Part shown: piece by piece, positions 12,853 through 25,428 of the stretch | Position numbering within the stretch: position 1 is the first letter of the stretch | Layout: the number at the start of each line of letters is the position of its first letter | From: Moniliella sp. 'wahieum' | Lineage: Eukaryota | DNA length: 64,000 bases | NCBI GenBank assembly: GCA_003971905.1 | Contig: RSEE01000009.1 | Span: forward strand, 620,001-684,000 | Direction of reading: 5' to 3' | Translations under genes and position numbers: made by a program | Notes under the pieces: generated by a model | What the model was told of the DNA's origin: nothing | Seen by the model: only the letters and a program-made list of their open reading frames with translations | Database searches by the model: none

Positions 12853-13437
12853 CTAGCGAATCAGCAGGTACACATACTCGCCCACTGTGATCCCGCTCAA
12901 ATGCCTGTAGGACCCAGTCAGGGCCATAAGCAGTCCCCCAAACGAGCCATACACAGTCACCGTGTCGCCATGGCCATCGTCAAACTTGTAGATCTGCCGG
13001 CGCAAAAGACGAGCACGCGGGGGGGGAGGGGTTAGCAAACACACCCTTTCTCCTCCTTCTTGACACGTTTCCACTAGCCGCCTTCCGCGTTCCGAGCCAA
13101 AGAAAAGAGCACGTACCTTGCCATGCATCACATAATCAAAGTCCGCAGTAATCCCCTCGTTGCCCGGGATATCGATCCGCCACTCTTCCCTCCCGCGCTT
13201 CGGCTCATCCTCGCCGCCTGTCTCCTCGTGGCGGTGGAGGGTGCGTGCAAGCTGGAGGGTGAACTGGCGCTTGTTGGCCATGGGATAAATGTCGACGGCA
13301 ATGTCGATGGAGAGCTGGATGTCGGACGCCGGGGCATGGGCAACGATGCGCGACACGCGATCGAACTTCTTGCCGTCGGGGTCGATCTGCTGCACGTGGA
13401 ACTGCGCGTCGAACAGGTTGGTGGGGTCGGTGGCCAT
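12853..13437 (-). CDS. RPB8: RNA polymerases I/II/III shared subunit RPABC3 (Rpb8), intron 12994-13116
   Basis: LFDAQFHVQQIDPDGKKFDRVSRI, FDYVMHGK|IYKF, SFGGLLMAL, VYLLIR; intron GTACGT..GCTAAC..CAG. Confidence 0.95.
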   Translation of the reverse strand: MATDPTNLFDAQFHVQQIDPDGKKFDRVSRIVAHAPASDIQLSIDIAVDIYPMANKRQFTLQLARTLHRHEETGGEDEPKRGREEWRIDIPGNEGITADFDYVMHGKVRALFFGSERGRRLVETCQEGGERVCLLTPPPPRARLLRRQIYKFDDGHGDTVTVYGSFGGLLMALTGSYRHLSGITVGEYVYLLIR

Positions 13438-13756
13438 GGCGAGGGAACGAAGGCGACGGCGGGACGGGAGGGGGGTTGGGGGGCCAGGAGGACGTGCCAA
13501 GCTCCCAGCGACGAGCGACGAGGCAAAGGACAGAAAAATCAGCCATTCCGCTCGGGGCGGCAAATTCCGCTTGGCGGAAGCGCTGCGCGGCAGATACCGG
13601 GACCCGCAACGCCCAGCTCGCCGCCACTCAAATTGCCCCACCGAGACCCAGCGCCGCGGCTTGGTCTGTGCGCTTTCCCATCGTCCTTCCCCCCCACCAC
13701 CACGCCCCCCCCCCTCCCCCTCCCCCCTCCCCACTGCCTTCCCCCTGTCCGTCGCC

Positions 13757-14772
13757 ATGGCTGCCCCCGCTGAACACGCCGGCGACATCCATCATGTGCG
13801 TCCTGCGCCTGCGCCCGGGCCCTGGGATGATGCTGTGCGTGTGCTCCATCTGACCCACACCCCTGTCTGCCTCCCCGGCGCAGCGTCGGCGCCACTGGTG
13901 CCGTGGGCAAGGAACTGCTGCTCGCCCTCCTCGATCGTCCAGAGTACAGCCACGTGCACAGCTTTGCGCGTCGCCCCAGTGGTGTTACCCACGCCAAGCT
14001 CACCGAGCACGACGTGGACTTTACGGCGCTGCTCAACGAGGCACCGCGTACGTTGCGTGGCCTCGCCGGGCTGCAAGAGAGTCTGCCTGCTAGCTCGGAG
14101 CCCGCCGCGGCTGACGACAAGCTGCCGGATCTGGCTACCTGGACCGGTACGGAAGGAGCAAGTTCCGTCAAGTGCACGCCGATGCAGTGTTTTTACCCTG
14201 GGCACGACACGCCCCAGGCCGGGTCGATGAGTGCGTTCGAAGTGATCGATCGCGGGTACGTGGTGGCCTCGGCGGCAGCCGCTTTGAGCCCTACCAAACT
14301 GGCAACGACGGGACAACGGTTGCTCTACTGCTCCTCTGGAGGCGGCAACAGTACCTCCCACTTCCCCTATTTGCGCAGCAAGGGCGAAACGGACGAAGCC
14401 TTGTCCGCCTTGCCCTACAATGATGTCACCATCTTCCAGCCCGGTATGCTGTTGGAAGCCAAGCGCTCGTCCGCACGGTACGCGGAAGCGGTAGGCCAGA
14501 TGCTGGGTAAGTTGGTGGCTCCCTTGACGGATTCGTACGGTGCGCCGGTGAGTAAAGTGGGGCAGGCGATGGCCGCTTTGGGTGTGCAACCCATTGCGCA
14601 GTACCGTACCACCTATGGTATTGCTGCCCCTCCGTTGCAGGGTAAGGGGTTCCCCACTGCGGCCACTACAGCCCAGGACTTGTTGAGCAAGATCGGAGGC
14701 GAGGGCGTTCTCACCCGTGCCTCGGTGGGCAATGCCGAATTGCTCAAGGTTGCGCGCCAGGTGAACGCCTAA
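13757..14772 (+). CDS. FMP52: NAD(P)-binding Rossmann-fold protein, Fmp52/HTATIP2(TIP30)-like, intron 13796-13883
   Basis: Spliced N-terminus ..II|VGATGAVGKELL, ID(R)GYV, YCSS, YLRSKGETD, IFQPGMLL; one extra C near the start codon. Confidence 0.8.
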
Positions 14773-14970
14773 TCTCCTTCCCCTTCCCCCCTCCCTTCTT
14801 AAAGCCGTCCGACAGACAGGCAGAGCTGTCTGAACCATCGATTCGTTTCGACCGTGCCTTTCCTTGTTCGAATCGTGAAATCAGAACCACATAACATTAG
14901 TATCTATCCAGAGCAGACAAAGGCGTTTCGTTTGCCCCGAGCTCACATGCCGGCCAACGCCGACGCCGGA

Positions 14971-16830
14971 TCATAGTCGAGGCCCTGCGCTCCACCATCT
15001 CCGCCACCAACATGCGGCCCAACAGGACGAGGTGGGCGAGTGCGTCCGGGCCATCAGGGAAGGGGAAACAAGGCGGGCAGCCGTGGCGGCCTGGCCTTCT
15101 GCCCCGCCCGCCTCAAGCGAGGGAAGCACCGTGGGATCCAAGTCCAATGTGTGGTCCGATGCGCCCTTGCGGTCCGACGGCAGTGGCCCAAGCTGCCCCA
15201 CGAACGAGGAAAGTGGTGCTGGAGCATCAAGGGGTTGAGCCAAGCCCTCGCCTGGTTCTCCCGTGCCCAGCTGCGATCAGTCTCCTTGAGCGCCAATGCC
15301 ACTTCGGACGCAAATCCATTCAAGTCGTCCAAACTAGGGCTGGATCGCGCTGGCATGGGTCTCTGCTTCGTCCTCAGCCGCACCCTCTGCTCAGCATCCA
15401 CCTTGGCTTCTGCACCTGCCTCCGCTTTCGCCTCGGCTTGGCAATGGTGCGCCAGCATGGTCAGTTTGCGCGACGCCGAGCCTTGGCGGTAGCGGCCGAC
15501 AAGAGCAAGATGCGTGCCTGCAGCGTCTGCAGCACCGCTTCCAGTACATTTGTTCCGGGCGTTGGGGTCTTGCGCAGCTGTTTCGTCACATGTTCCAGCA
15601 ACGGCTGCAGATCCAACCAATCCTGCACGCCGCGCTGGTTCGTAGACCGTTCCAGAGCCAGGGGCAACCGCATTGTCTGCGCCTCGGCTTGGCCAGAAGC
15701 AGCCGAGCCAGACGGGCCATGGGATCGAACCGCAACCCTTGGTCCCGCGCCCAGGACGCATAGGCATACAACAACAAACTGTCGATCCACATGACCTGCG
15801 CCACCTGTACCTCCGCCTCGTTTCTTCGGCCCGCACTGATCAGGTGGTCCGCACGCTTCTTGAGTTTATGGGCGACAGAACGGTAGCGCGTGTAAAGACT
15901 GTCGCAGTAGGCCTTGTGGGTCCACCGGTCCAACGCTCGTTTGGCCTGCTTGGGAGGCGTCGGACGATCGGATCGGCTCCGCCGGCCCGGCGAGATGGGC
16001 ACCGAGGGCAAGGTCGCCCCAGCGGGAGTGGGAGGTGCGAGGGGGTGAGGCTGGGAGGGCGAGTGTTTCTGCGCTGGGGGGGGGGAGGCAGCAGCATCCG
16101 GCATCTTCGAGGGCTGGTCCCATCGAGATCGGCGCGCCGAGGTAGGCGCAGGCTGGGCGAGGGCAGGGGATGGAGGGCGCCAGAGGGCGGATCAGGTTGC
16201 GAGATGGTGGCCGTCGCCGATCGTCGGGGTGCGGCCTCGCGCGTGCGGGCACGAGGCGTGCGGTGGGTCGCGACCTGGGTCTTGGCCGGGGCTGAGCTGA
16301 GGTGGGACGCGCTGGAGCGGGCACGGGAGGTGGAGGTGGAGGTGGAAGTGGAGCCGGTGGTGGTGGTGGTGCTGGGGGTGGTGCTGGTGCTGGAGATGGC
16401 ACTGGTCGAGGGCAGGCGCAGACGCGGCGGGTGGTGTGGCAGGGCGTCGATTGCCTTTCAGAGGTACAGAAAGGGTTGGTTAGTTAGAGCACGCCAGATG
16501 GCTTGAAGGCCCGGCGAAAGCAAGAAGACACACCCGATGCGGTCGCCGATGCGCTCGAGGAGGAGGAGGGAGGTGGGGTCCAGGCTGGACGGGTGGGAGG
16601 CGGAGCGGGAGGCAGGGCGGGCGGCGAGGCGGGGCCGCTTGGCCGGTGGGCTGGAGGCGGAGGGGGAGTCGGAAGCAGAAGCCGCGGCTGAGTCGGGCGT
16701 GGAGCGAGGCTTGGGGGGGACTGGGCGTAGGGGCGGTGCTGCGGGCGCACGGCGGGTGAGGCGGAAGCTGGGCAGCGGTGCCTCCATTGGGGATGGCGGT
16801 AATAGGGACGGAGGTGGTGTGGGTCACGGT
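14971..16830 (-). CDS. Pro-rich protein with a C-terminal helical domain resembling Ebp1_C / AF4-FMR2 C-terminal homology domain
   Basis: YRSVAHKLKKRADHL...DSLLLYAYASWARD...WLDLQPLLEHV pattern recalled from fungal ELL-binding protein Ebp1; frameshifted; start uncertain. Confidence 0.5.
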
Positions 16831-17192
16831 GGGGACGGCGCTGTAGATGGCAGTGGCGGTGGCGATGGCGATGGCGAGCGCGATGGCGGTTCAGACAGAG
16901 GGAGACGCGGCTGGCTGGAAACAGTGATCCCGACAGAGGACAACGCGAGCCCAGTTGGTTGCTAGCGGACCACATCACCTCTCATCACCTCCCAGCAGTT
17001 GCACGCCGGCAGGCTCAGTTCATTTCACACATTGATCGCCTCATCACAGCGTTGCGCTGCCGGTGCCCATGCTCCCATCCACACGCGCAGTCGTGTCTAT
17101 CTATCTACTTGGGTGCCCCTCCCCCGCCTCCCCACTAGCCCGGGGAGCGCATCGATCCGTTCTCCATTTGCATTGCCCCATAATGATAGCCT

Positions 17193-18207
17193 TTACTCCC
17201 AGTAGCTCACCCCGCCCCGCCCCCGCGCGTCCTTGCTCAGATCGTACTCGGTCCGGATCCCCGCCGACGCAAACGGCACCGTCTCCAGCACAGATACCCT
17301 CGCCTTCTCCACGCGCTCCTGCACATGGTACTGCTCCATCAACGCATCTGCCTTGCGGTCCATGCCCATGGTGCGGTAGAGCCAGGAAAGCAGCTTGCGC
17401 GCCGACCCGCGCGGCAGCACCTTCTCCATCACCGCCGCCACCGGAAAGAGACCGAGCAGGAAGTGTACACCATCGTACTCAGCGTCCGCAGTGCCAGCTC
17501 GGGCACAATCGTCGGGGCAGAGCGCTGCGCCCCGTGGCGACGCCGAAGAGAGGGAAAGCGAGTACACCCGAAAGTCTGGCGACACGGCAATGGGGCCGTG
17601 ACCAAACCGGACACTCAGACGAAAGTACCCGTCACCGGCGATCGCGGGGATGCGCACCGCAAACGTACCTACCCGCACCAATCCTCGAATCGGATGGGGC
17701 CCGGGCAGGTCGGCAAAGTGGGCTTGGGCCTGACCTGCTCGAACTTAGTTCGCCCTTGTCCCATTTTTCCAGCGTTCGCTCGGCAAAGTCGGTGGGTGCC
17801 ATGGTGGGGAAGCGTCGTTGCTGGATGCGGGAAGATGCTCATGGCGCTTTGCGCCTGGTAGGGCAGTGCGGCGATGAGAGACGCAGGGCGTCACATTGAT
17901 CCTTGACCGTCTTGGCACCCAGCCACTTGGCCAGGGACCAGCCGAAGATCCCGGCGCGCCAGCCGCGGCGGACGAGTTGGATGGTGAGCGAGTCGGGGGC
18001 GATGGAGGCCGGAGGCGTGTGGCCATGCTGGATGGCAAAGAGGGTGATGGGGACGTAGGTGTCGCTGCCTTGGTACACGACGAGACGCGGTGTGTGCTGG
18101 AGCACTACCCACTGCGGCGTCGCTGCGCTCTCCTGCCCGCCGAGGCTTTTGAGCAGCAGAAACACCTGGCGCACCAGGGCGAAGAGCAGATCGAAGAGGT
18201 CGGCCAT
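17193..18207 (-). CDS. Conserved-looking fungal hypothetical protein
   Basis: Globular-looking ORF pieces (VPITLF, VRRGWRAGIFG, VRIPAIAGDGYFRL, SPDFRVYS..RGA) joined by frameshifts. Confidence 0.65.
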
Positions 18208-19658
18208 GGCAAGGGTGGGGTGGAGGGCGGCGGACAAGGGCAAAGACAGGCAGACAGCCCACGCCGACCGATCAAGAGACCAATGCCAGCTCATCGAGCC
18301 CATTCATCCATCCATCCATCAAGCCGCCGATCGCAGTCCAGGGGGGCATGAGCGTACTGAACGTACTGAGGGCAGCCAGAGTACTCCGACTGAGTGCGAA
18401 CACCATGACGTCATAGGCACGCCCGCCTGAGATGGGGGCGAGACATGTGACATGTGACAAGTAGAGGGGAGGGGCATCACGTGTGATGGGTTGTGATGTG
18501 ATGTGGGGGGGAGGCTGGGCGCCACGTCGACGCTGGGACGGGGCTGTCAGTCGGCGGAAGGGGCGAGGGTGGTCTTGGTTTTCGCAATGGCAGGGGACGG
18601 TACGCATGCCATCCAGAAGACGTATCGCAGCCAGCGTAGCTGGTGCCTCTGGCTGTATAACAGAGAGTGGCAAGCCCACTCTGTGGTCCTGCATCCTGCG
18701 GACCATCGAGATCATCCATCATCCATCATCCATCGCATCCGCAACACACAGGCACGCCACTGCGTTTTCGGTGGCCAGGAGAGTAAGTACTTTTTGTAAG
18801 CGCGCCCGCGCCTGGCCATTACGCGCGTCTTGTCTGTCCGATTACACACGACGCCCAACCTGGCCGCTCGTTAAGCGGGGCGAGCAGGTGAGGTCTGAGA
18901 TAAGTTGGGCAGCTCCGCGCTCTCGGCAGCTGCGTGTTCCTCCTCAGCACAGAAGGGTCCCCGTACATAGAAACAGAGACGCCCGAACGGCGAGATAGGC
19001 TCGGAGCGTGTGTCGGATCCCCACACTCGGGGGTTGCGGAGAGACCCGAAAGTGCGCGACGCTCAGATGAGGGTAATTGCCGGTTATGCAGGTGTGGGGC
19101 AGGCTGTAATCTGCTACAAACTACAAATGGTCTACAAATCCAACCTTGTCTCGGCTTGATCAAGCTTCCGCCTCCTCTTCTCCCGCCACCTACGCTCGGC
19201 ATCCACCGGCCGCAGCCCAAAGAGCAGCCAGACCCGGCAACGGCGAATAGCCACCCCGTCCTCAGGCCATTCCGCGCATCCTGTCCTTCCATCCCACATC
19301 CCATCTTCCCTCTCTCTCACACGGGCGCGGCACACCCGCGGAGCTCTGGCCCGCTTCTTCTCCTATCCGCCCCTGTTGCGCGCTCACCCGCTCTCGTTCC
19401 TCCTGTTGTTAGGCACTCTGCTGCCAACCATCCTCCATCTATCATAGGTCTTTATAGTATGTCTCCTGCCCCTCCCCCTTTGTGCCGCTGCCCTGTCGCC
19501 TCTTGGGTCCTACCCTGTGCCATTGCACATTGCACCCCGTGTCTTTCCCGCCCGCCACCATCCCATCCCCCTGGCACCTTGTTAGCACAAGCCTTCCTTA
19601 CCGGGCCCGCCCACCACGGCTCCCTTCCCCGCCCCCACCCCCCACCGTACCACCCACC

Positions 19659-21178
19659 ATGTCCTCCCCTCATAACCCGCACCACGCCCCGACGACGTGC
19701 TTGTCCACCCTACGTTGTCATCCTCTGTCCCCATCATCCTAATCCCTATGACGTTGGTCCCGCCCACGGGCCGACCTCAGTCCCAGTCCTCCCACAGCAT
19801 CCGCATCCCCGCCTCCAGCAGTCCCCAAGAGCGAAGCGCCAGAACAAGGTCCAACACCGCCCCTCGCCCCGTGCGCGTCACATCCAAACGCGGCTGGCCC
19901 ACTGAAGACGACGAGCGTCTACGAGAGGCAGTCATGCGCCACACCAAGCCCGCCACACCCATGAGGAAAGACGACGAAGCAAGCGTGTCGCTGCGTTCTG
20001 CCCATCCGTCTCGCCCCAAGTCCAGTCTTGGTCCAAAGTTGCATCCACAGCCTTTCCCGACGGGAAACATACCAAGTTGGCGTGCCAATCGCGCTGGCGC
20101 ATCCTCTCCTCCCGACCCATCACCAAAGGCACCTGGTCCCCTGCTGAAAGTGAGCGTCTCACCCAGCTCGTCCACCAGCTGGGCGAAAACAGCTGGAACG
20201 AGGTGGCGAAGCTGTTGGGATCCCGAACGTCCAAACAGTGCCGCGAGCGGTGGCGCAATAAGCTCGATCCCCGTATTAACACTGGCAAGTTTACCCAGGA
20301 GGAGGATGAGCGCATCTTGGCCGTGTACCGTCAACGCGGAAGCAAATGGTCTGAAATGGCCGCCCTCTTGTCCGGTCGTCCAGACAATTGTATCAAAAAC
20401 CACTTTAATACCGTCTTGTGCAAGCGCCTTGCCCCCCACGAACAACCACATCACCGTGCCCGTTCGGCTCAACAGACTCAACCTGCTGTGTCGGATACGT
20501 CCCCTGTGTCTCTCACTGGACCCATGCGACCTGCCCGTCGGATGGTAACATGGACCTGGATATCGTGTCAGGTGCAAACAAACAGGGGGCCCTTTGTCCC
20601 CTTCTCTTCGTCCCCCATCGACGAGCCTCACACGGGCGGCCGACTACCTTTGCCCTCCTATCTCCCTCGGGGATGAATCCGACGATTGGGGGTGCTCGTG
20701 TCGACGGAGCTTGCGGGCGACTGTTTCCCACGCCCACCTCCTCCACCTCCTTTCATCCGGTTGGTTCGACCGCCATACATACCTCTCCTATCACGCCGCT
20801 TGGGGAATCCTAGCCGCCAAGCTACCCACCCACCCCCTTCCCTTCCCGCTACCTATCTCCCCTCTACTCTAACTCCATCAGTCGCCACAGTAGCTCCACC
20901 CCCTTACCCACTCTCCTCCCATGGACCTCCTCGCCGACACAGCACCTCCCACTCCCGGTCTATCCCTCTACCACTGCTTTCCGTTGATACACCCTCCTGG
21001 CTCTTCCCGCCGCTCAAGGTACCCACCTTTCTGGTCCCATCTTTCCTTCCGCTTCGAACCCCTTGTTACGACCCAACCGCCTCCGCTGTCGGCCCCACTT
21101 GCCTCAACTGAACCGCCTTCGCCACGCTCGACTCCGGCTCCCTTTGCCATGCCGTCGCCTACGAAACTGACCCTTTAG
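19659..21178 (+). CDS. Myb transcription factor with R2R3 repeats plus a probable split R1 repeat
   Basis: KGTWSPAESERL..WNEVA..RTSKQCRERWRNKLDP and GKFTQEEDERIL..KWSEMA..GRPDNCIKNHFN; upstream RGWPTEDDERLREAV ... CQSRW; ends approximate. Confidence 0.9.
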
Positions 21179-22384
21179 CCAACACTTCTTCGGATGTCCA
21201 CCACTTCTGTGCCCTGGGGGAGCACCCTGCTGCGGCAGCCGGATCCCATCTTGCCTCTCACGGTACGTTTCCTATAATATACCCAACCCCCTTCTCCTTC
21301 TTCCCCCGTGCTCTGGTAGCCTGCTCCGATGGGGCACTGACCCGTCTTTCATTTCTTTTCCCTCCCGTGGAAATAGTACTCATGAAGAGAAACAAGAGGG
21401 GCTATGCTGCACCTGGACCACGACCTCACAACCACCCCCTCTCCCCCCTGCCCTTCGCCTTTAATTTAGCAGACTGTCTTCCTCTTCCGCCCTTACGATT
21501 TGCCTTTTCTTACCGGCCCCCACCTTTGCCGTTGCTCGGACGGGTGGGTGCCTTTGCTTTTTTCGGCTCCCTTTCTCTCCCCCCGCTTTCTGTCCATCCT
21601 TTCCCGACCCGGGGACCACCTGGTGGACGGCGCATGCAATGCACGAACCCATTGCGGCAGAGGTTTGATCGTAGACGGCGGGCGGCCTTGAAGCTTATTG
21701 AACGTGGAACGTTGAACGCGTCTGCTGTCCTCGTCACGCTGCCCACGAGACGGAGAAACGGCAGCACCCGATCTGCCCGATCTGCCCGACCCCCCTCGCC
21801 TTGGGGTTGAAAGTTGAAAGTTGATGCGACCGCCCCCAGGAAGCACGGGGCGCGGGGAAGCGGTCTTCTCACGTCGCATTCCGCCGGATGCACGGAGGCG
21901 CACGCGGCCGGGAGATTCTCGGGGGTTCCTGCCTGGTTCTTTCCGCGGCGGCAGCCGCACAGCGCCCCCCTGCCTGCTGCTGCGTCGGCGTGAGCATCCA
22001 TTTGTCAGCGCCCGTCCGGCGTGCGCGGCAGCCGGCAGCGCGCCTGTGTCTGCCGCGCGCCCACCCCCCACTGCTCCCGTGCGGGCCCGGTGCCTCGGTG
22101 CTCTCCGGGCAGCGGGCGGCTGCCCTCCGATCGCAGCGGGGGGAGCGCAGCCAGATTCACATCTTCACACCCGAAACTTCTTGGGCCGCCGCCGCGCACG
22201 CACGGGGCCAGTCCCCGCCTCTCACCCATTAGTAATGCCCCCACCGCGCCAGTGTCGCCCCCATGCGGATCCGGCTTGACCCGACCCCTCCCTGCCCCGG
22301 GCCCGGCCGGCAACGGAATAAATAGCGTCGGCGTCTGACGCTGCCCCGTCGTTTCTTCCTCCACCTCTCGTCTCTTTCTTCGAT

Positions 22385-22806
22385 ATGCCTTTTGCTGCTG
22401 GTGACGCCAAGAAGGGTGCCGGTCTCTTCAAGACCCGCTGTGCCCAGTGCCACACTGTCGAGGAGGTGGCTCCCACAAGGTCGGCCCCAACCTCCACGGC
22501 CTCTTTGGCCGCCACTCGGGCCAGGCCGAGGGCTACGCCTACACCGAGGCCAACAAGAAGGCCAACGTGCTCTGGGAGGAAACACCCTCTTCGACTACCT
22601 TCTCAACCCCAAGAAGTACATTCCCGGCACCAGTATGTCTTCTCTTCCTCTCGCCTTGTCTCCTACCCTCCCCTCCACGCCTCGTTCCCATTCTCACACG
22701 TTCTTCCCTGTTTTCTCCTCTTCTTTCTCGCAGAGATGGCCTTTGCTGGTCTCAAGAAGGAGAAGGACCGCACGACCTCATCACCTACCTCAAGGAGAGC
22801 TGCTAA
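22385..22806 (+). CDS. CYC1: Cytochrome c, intron 22633-22733, three apparent 1-nt deletions
   Basis: [19 protein letters not shown] (CxxCH), [31 protein letters not shown]. Confidence 0.97.
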
Positions 22807-23771
22807 GTCTATCCCCGCTTGCCTCGCTCCTGTCGTCATGCCTGTCCCCATTGCCGGGATGTGATCTAGCCCACCTGGGCTCCTTCCTCTTGGGCATGCA
22901 AAATGCAAAAACACAAAGTATGCGCGAACGTGCTAGTACTCTGTCTATTCTTGGTTGTGACGGCGAGGTGTGTGTCGCGACGTCTGTTCCTGTAGACCTC
23001 GGGTGCCCATGGCACATGCATAGTTCCTATTTGTGGATTCTCTTTAGGCTTTGCTACCTACACGTTGCCCGCGCTTCGTGGCATGTCGGTAGTACGTGCG
23101 ATCAAAGTGGTGTTGGTGCCAGCGACAACGATCCACGTTCCCGTCGGAAACGGATCCATTAAAGCCAAGAATATCAGAGCGGGCATTTTCAACGTGGGAA
23201 GCTTTACCGGCGACGAGGGTCAGGAGAAGGACAGCGTGCAGGAAATATCTACAATGTAATCGGACGCGATGGAAGGCTTGGGAATGACGTTCCAGCTTCG
23301 AGCTGGCGACGGCGAGGGCGGGGGGATGGGGTGGAAGAGCGTGGGGGGAAGGGGGAGTTGCAAACAGCACGCGTCCACGGGCCTAGTGAGCAGGGTGGAA
23401 AGCTACAGTGGGCAGTAAGGAGCGTGCGACAGGTAGGTTTAGCACCTATGTGAGCAGGAAAGCGCGGGGCAAGAGGATGAGAGGGAAAAGGAAGACGAAA
23501 AGTATGAGCGGCGCGGGAAACGATCACGTTCGATCGACGATCGATGGTGGGATAGGACAAAAATGCGACAGGGACAGGGACGAGGATGGGATTCTCCTCC
23601 CATGGCGCCCATGAAAGGGGCATAGAACGACGGGGTGGGTAACGACAAGTAGCGAACCTAGGAAGCAGCCGCCCAATGACGGACAGCCAAAACCAGCAGG
23701 ACAAACTAAAACCAACATCGTAGTCCCAACAGAGGAGGCGATGGAGAAAACCGAAACTCGGTGGAAACAGG

Positions 23772-25428
23772 TCAAGGCGCAGGTTCCCGCGCGATCGTCG
23801 GCGATGCTGCGCCAGAGTTTTGAGCAACTTGCTTGATTTGCAGTGTCTCTTTGATCCACGAGGCCATGTCCACATCGTCGTCGCTCTCTGCTCGTGCCCG
23901 GTCTTCCAGCAGGAAAGGGTGGTTGAGCAAGTCGGCATACGAAGCACGCTCATTTGGGTTCTTGGCCAAACACCGCCGACGAAATCGTTGGCCTGCGCCG
24001 AGTAGCCTGGCGGCAACGTGGCGGGTCACCCCATACGATCGCCTGCAGCTGGGCAAAGACATCCGAGTAGGTCTCGGGCGGGTAAGGGTACCCTCCCTTG
24101 GCAATTTCTACTATGCTCAACCCCAACGACCACACGTCGGCGGCGACGGTATAGGTGGAAGTGACTTGCTGTGGGTCGATCCGCTCGGGCGCCATGTAGG
24201 ACTGGCAACCAATGTTGGTCTTGGCCAAAGATTTTTCCAGTTCGCCCGACACACCAAAGTCGCAGAGCTTGACTTGGCCTTGCGTATTGACCAATACATT
24301 CGTCGGTTTCACGTCGCGGTGGATGATGTTGAGGCTATCTTTGAGGAAGCGGAGACCCGAAACCATCGACCACGCGATCCGCGCCAACACTGGTTCCGGA
24401 ACATGGCGGCCCGGTACGCAGAGCTTGTCGAGGCTGCCGGCATCCATGTTCTCCATGCAATAGTACACGCATCCTTCAACAAAAAACGCCCCGTAAAACT
24501 CGACAATCTGCGGCGCCACTGCTCGATGCAAAATGTCAAGCTCCATAATGATCGCCTTGAGTTTGGGGTCGTCGAGTTCGAGCCGGATCTCCTTCATGGC
24601 CATCAGAACCTTGGTCTTGGTGTGGCGGACTTTGCGCACTACCGTAGTTGCCTCGTCCAAGCTCGTTCAACAGCTCAAAGTCCTCCAGCTGGATGTGGAA
24701 GGTGGTGCCATTGCCAAACTCGACGCCATGGGCATGGAGAATGGCCTTGTCGGCAAACTTGAGGCGACCGTCCGTATCGACAATGTTACTGTACTTGTCG
24801 AACGCAGTCGACAGCTTCCCGCCTTCGGATGCGGCGGCCAAAGGGCCAGGCGGGGCCAAGCGCCGCCCGCCGGGTACGGGCGCACCGGACGCTGTGCCGG
24901 CCAAGTCGCCTAGACGGAGGGGGGGCCCACGACGCCGGCCGGCCAAGCCACGCCGGGAGGCACGCGGCCGCCCGCGACCGCTCCAGGAGCGCCGATGCCA
25001 CCGACCGTGGCAGGGGGCAAGCCGGGGCGGGGAGGGGCAGGTCGATCAGAGCGCATCTCAGAGCCGCGTGGGTCGTAGGCACCGACCGAGCGGTGGACAG
25101 AGGAGCAGCGCTGCCGGGGGGGGGCGGAGCGGTGTGGCACCCGGCAGGCCTCCCAACCGCGGCGCGCCGGGCCGCACCATCCCTCCGGGCCGTGCGCCGG
25201 GCATGGCGCCGGGGAGTGCGCCGCCAAGGCCGGGCAGACTCCTGCCGGGCGCTGCGCCGGGGGGCGGACGGATGCCGGCGGCGGCAAAAGGGCGTGTGGA
25301 GGGGCCGGAGGCGGAGGGGGCGCTGCGCTTGAGCGGCGGGGGCGGGTGGTGGGGAGGGGAAGCGGGCTTGGTGGGCCGAGGGACAGGTCGGCGGCGCTGG
25401 CGGCGAGGTCCGCAGACGAGTCGGACAT
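23772..25428 (-). CDS. PBS2: HOG-pathway MAP kinase kinase (Pbs2/Wis1)
   Basis: ELGRGNYG, MAMKEIRLELD, IIMELDILH, HRDVKPTN, LCDFGVSG, SLAKTNIGCQSYMAPERI, YPYPPETY; Pro-rich N-terminus; frameshifts. Confidence 0.95.

Noticed and set aside
23044..23760. Small ORFs between cytochrome c and PBS2
   Set aside because: No recognisable motif or consistent frame; reads like convergent 3' UTR sequence
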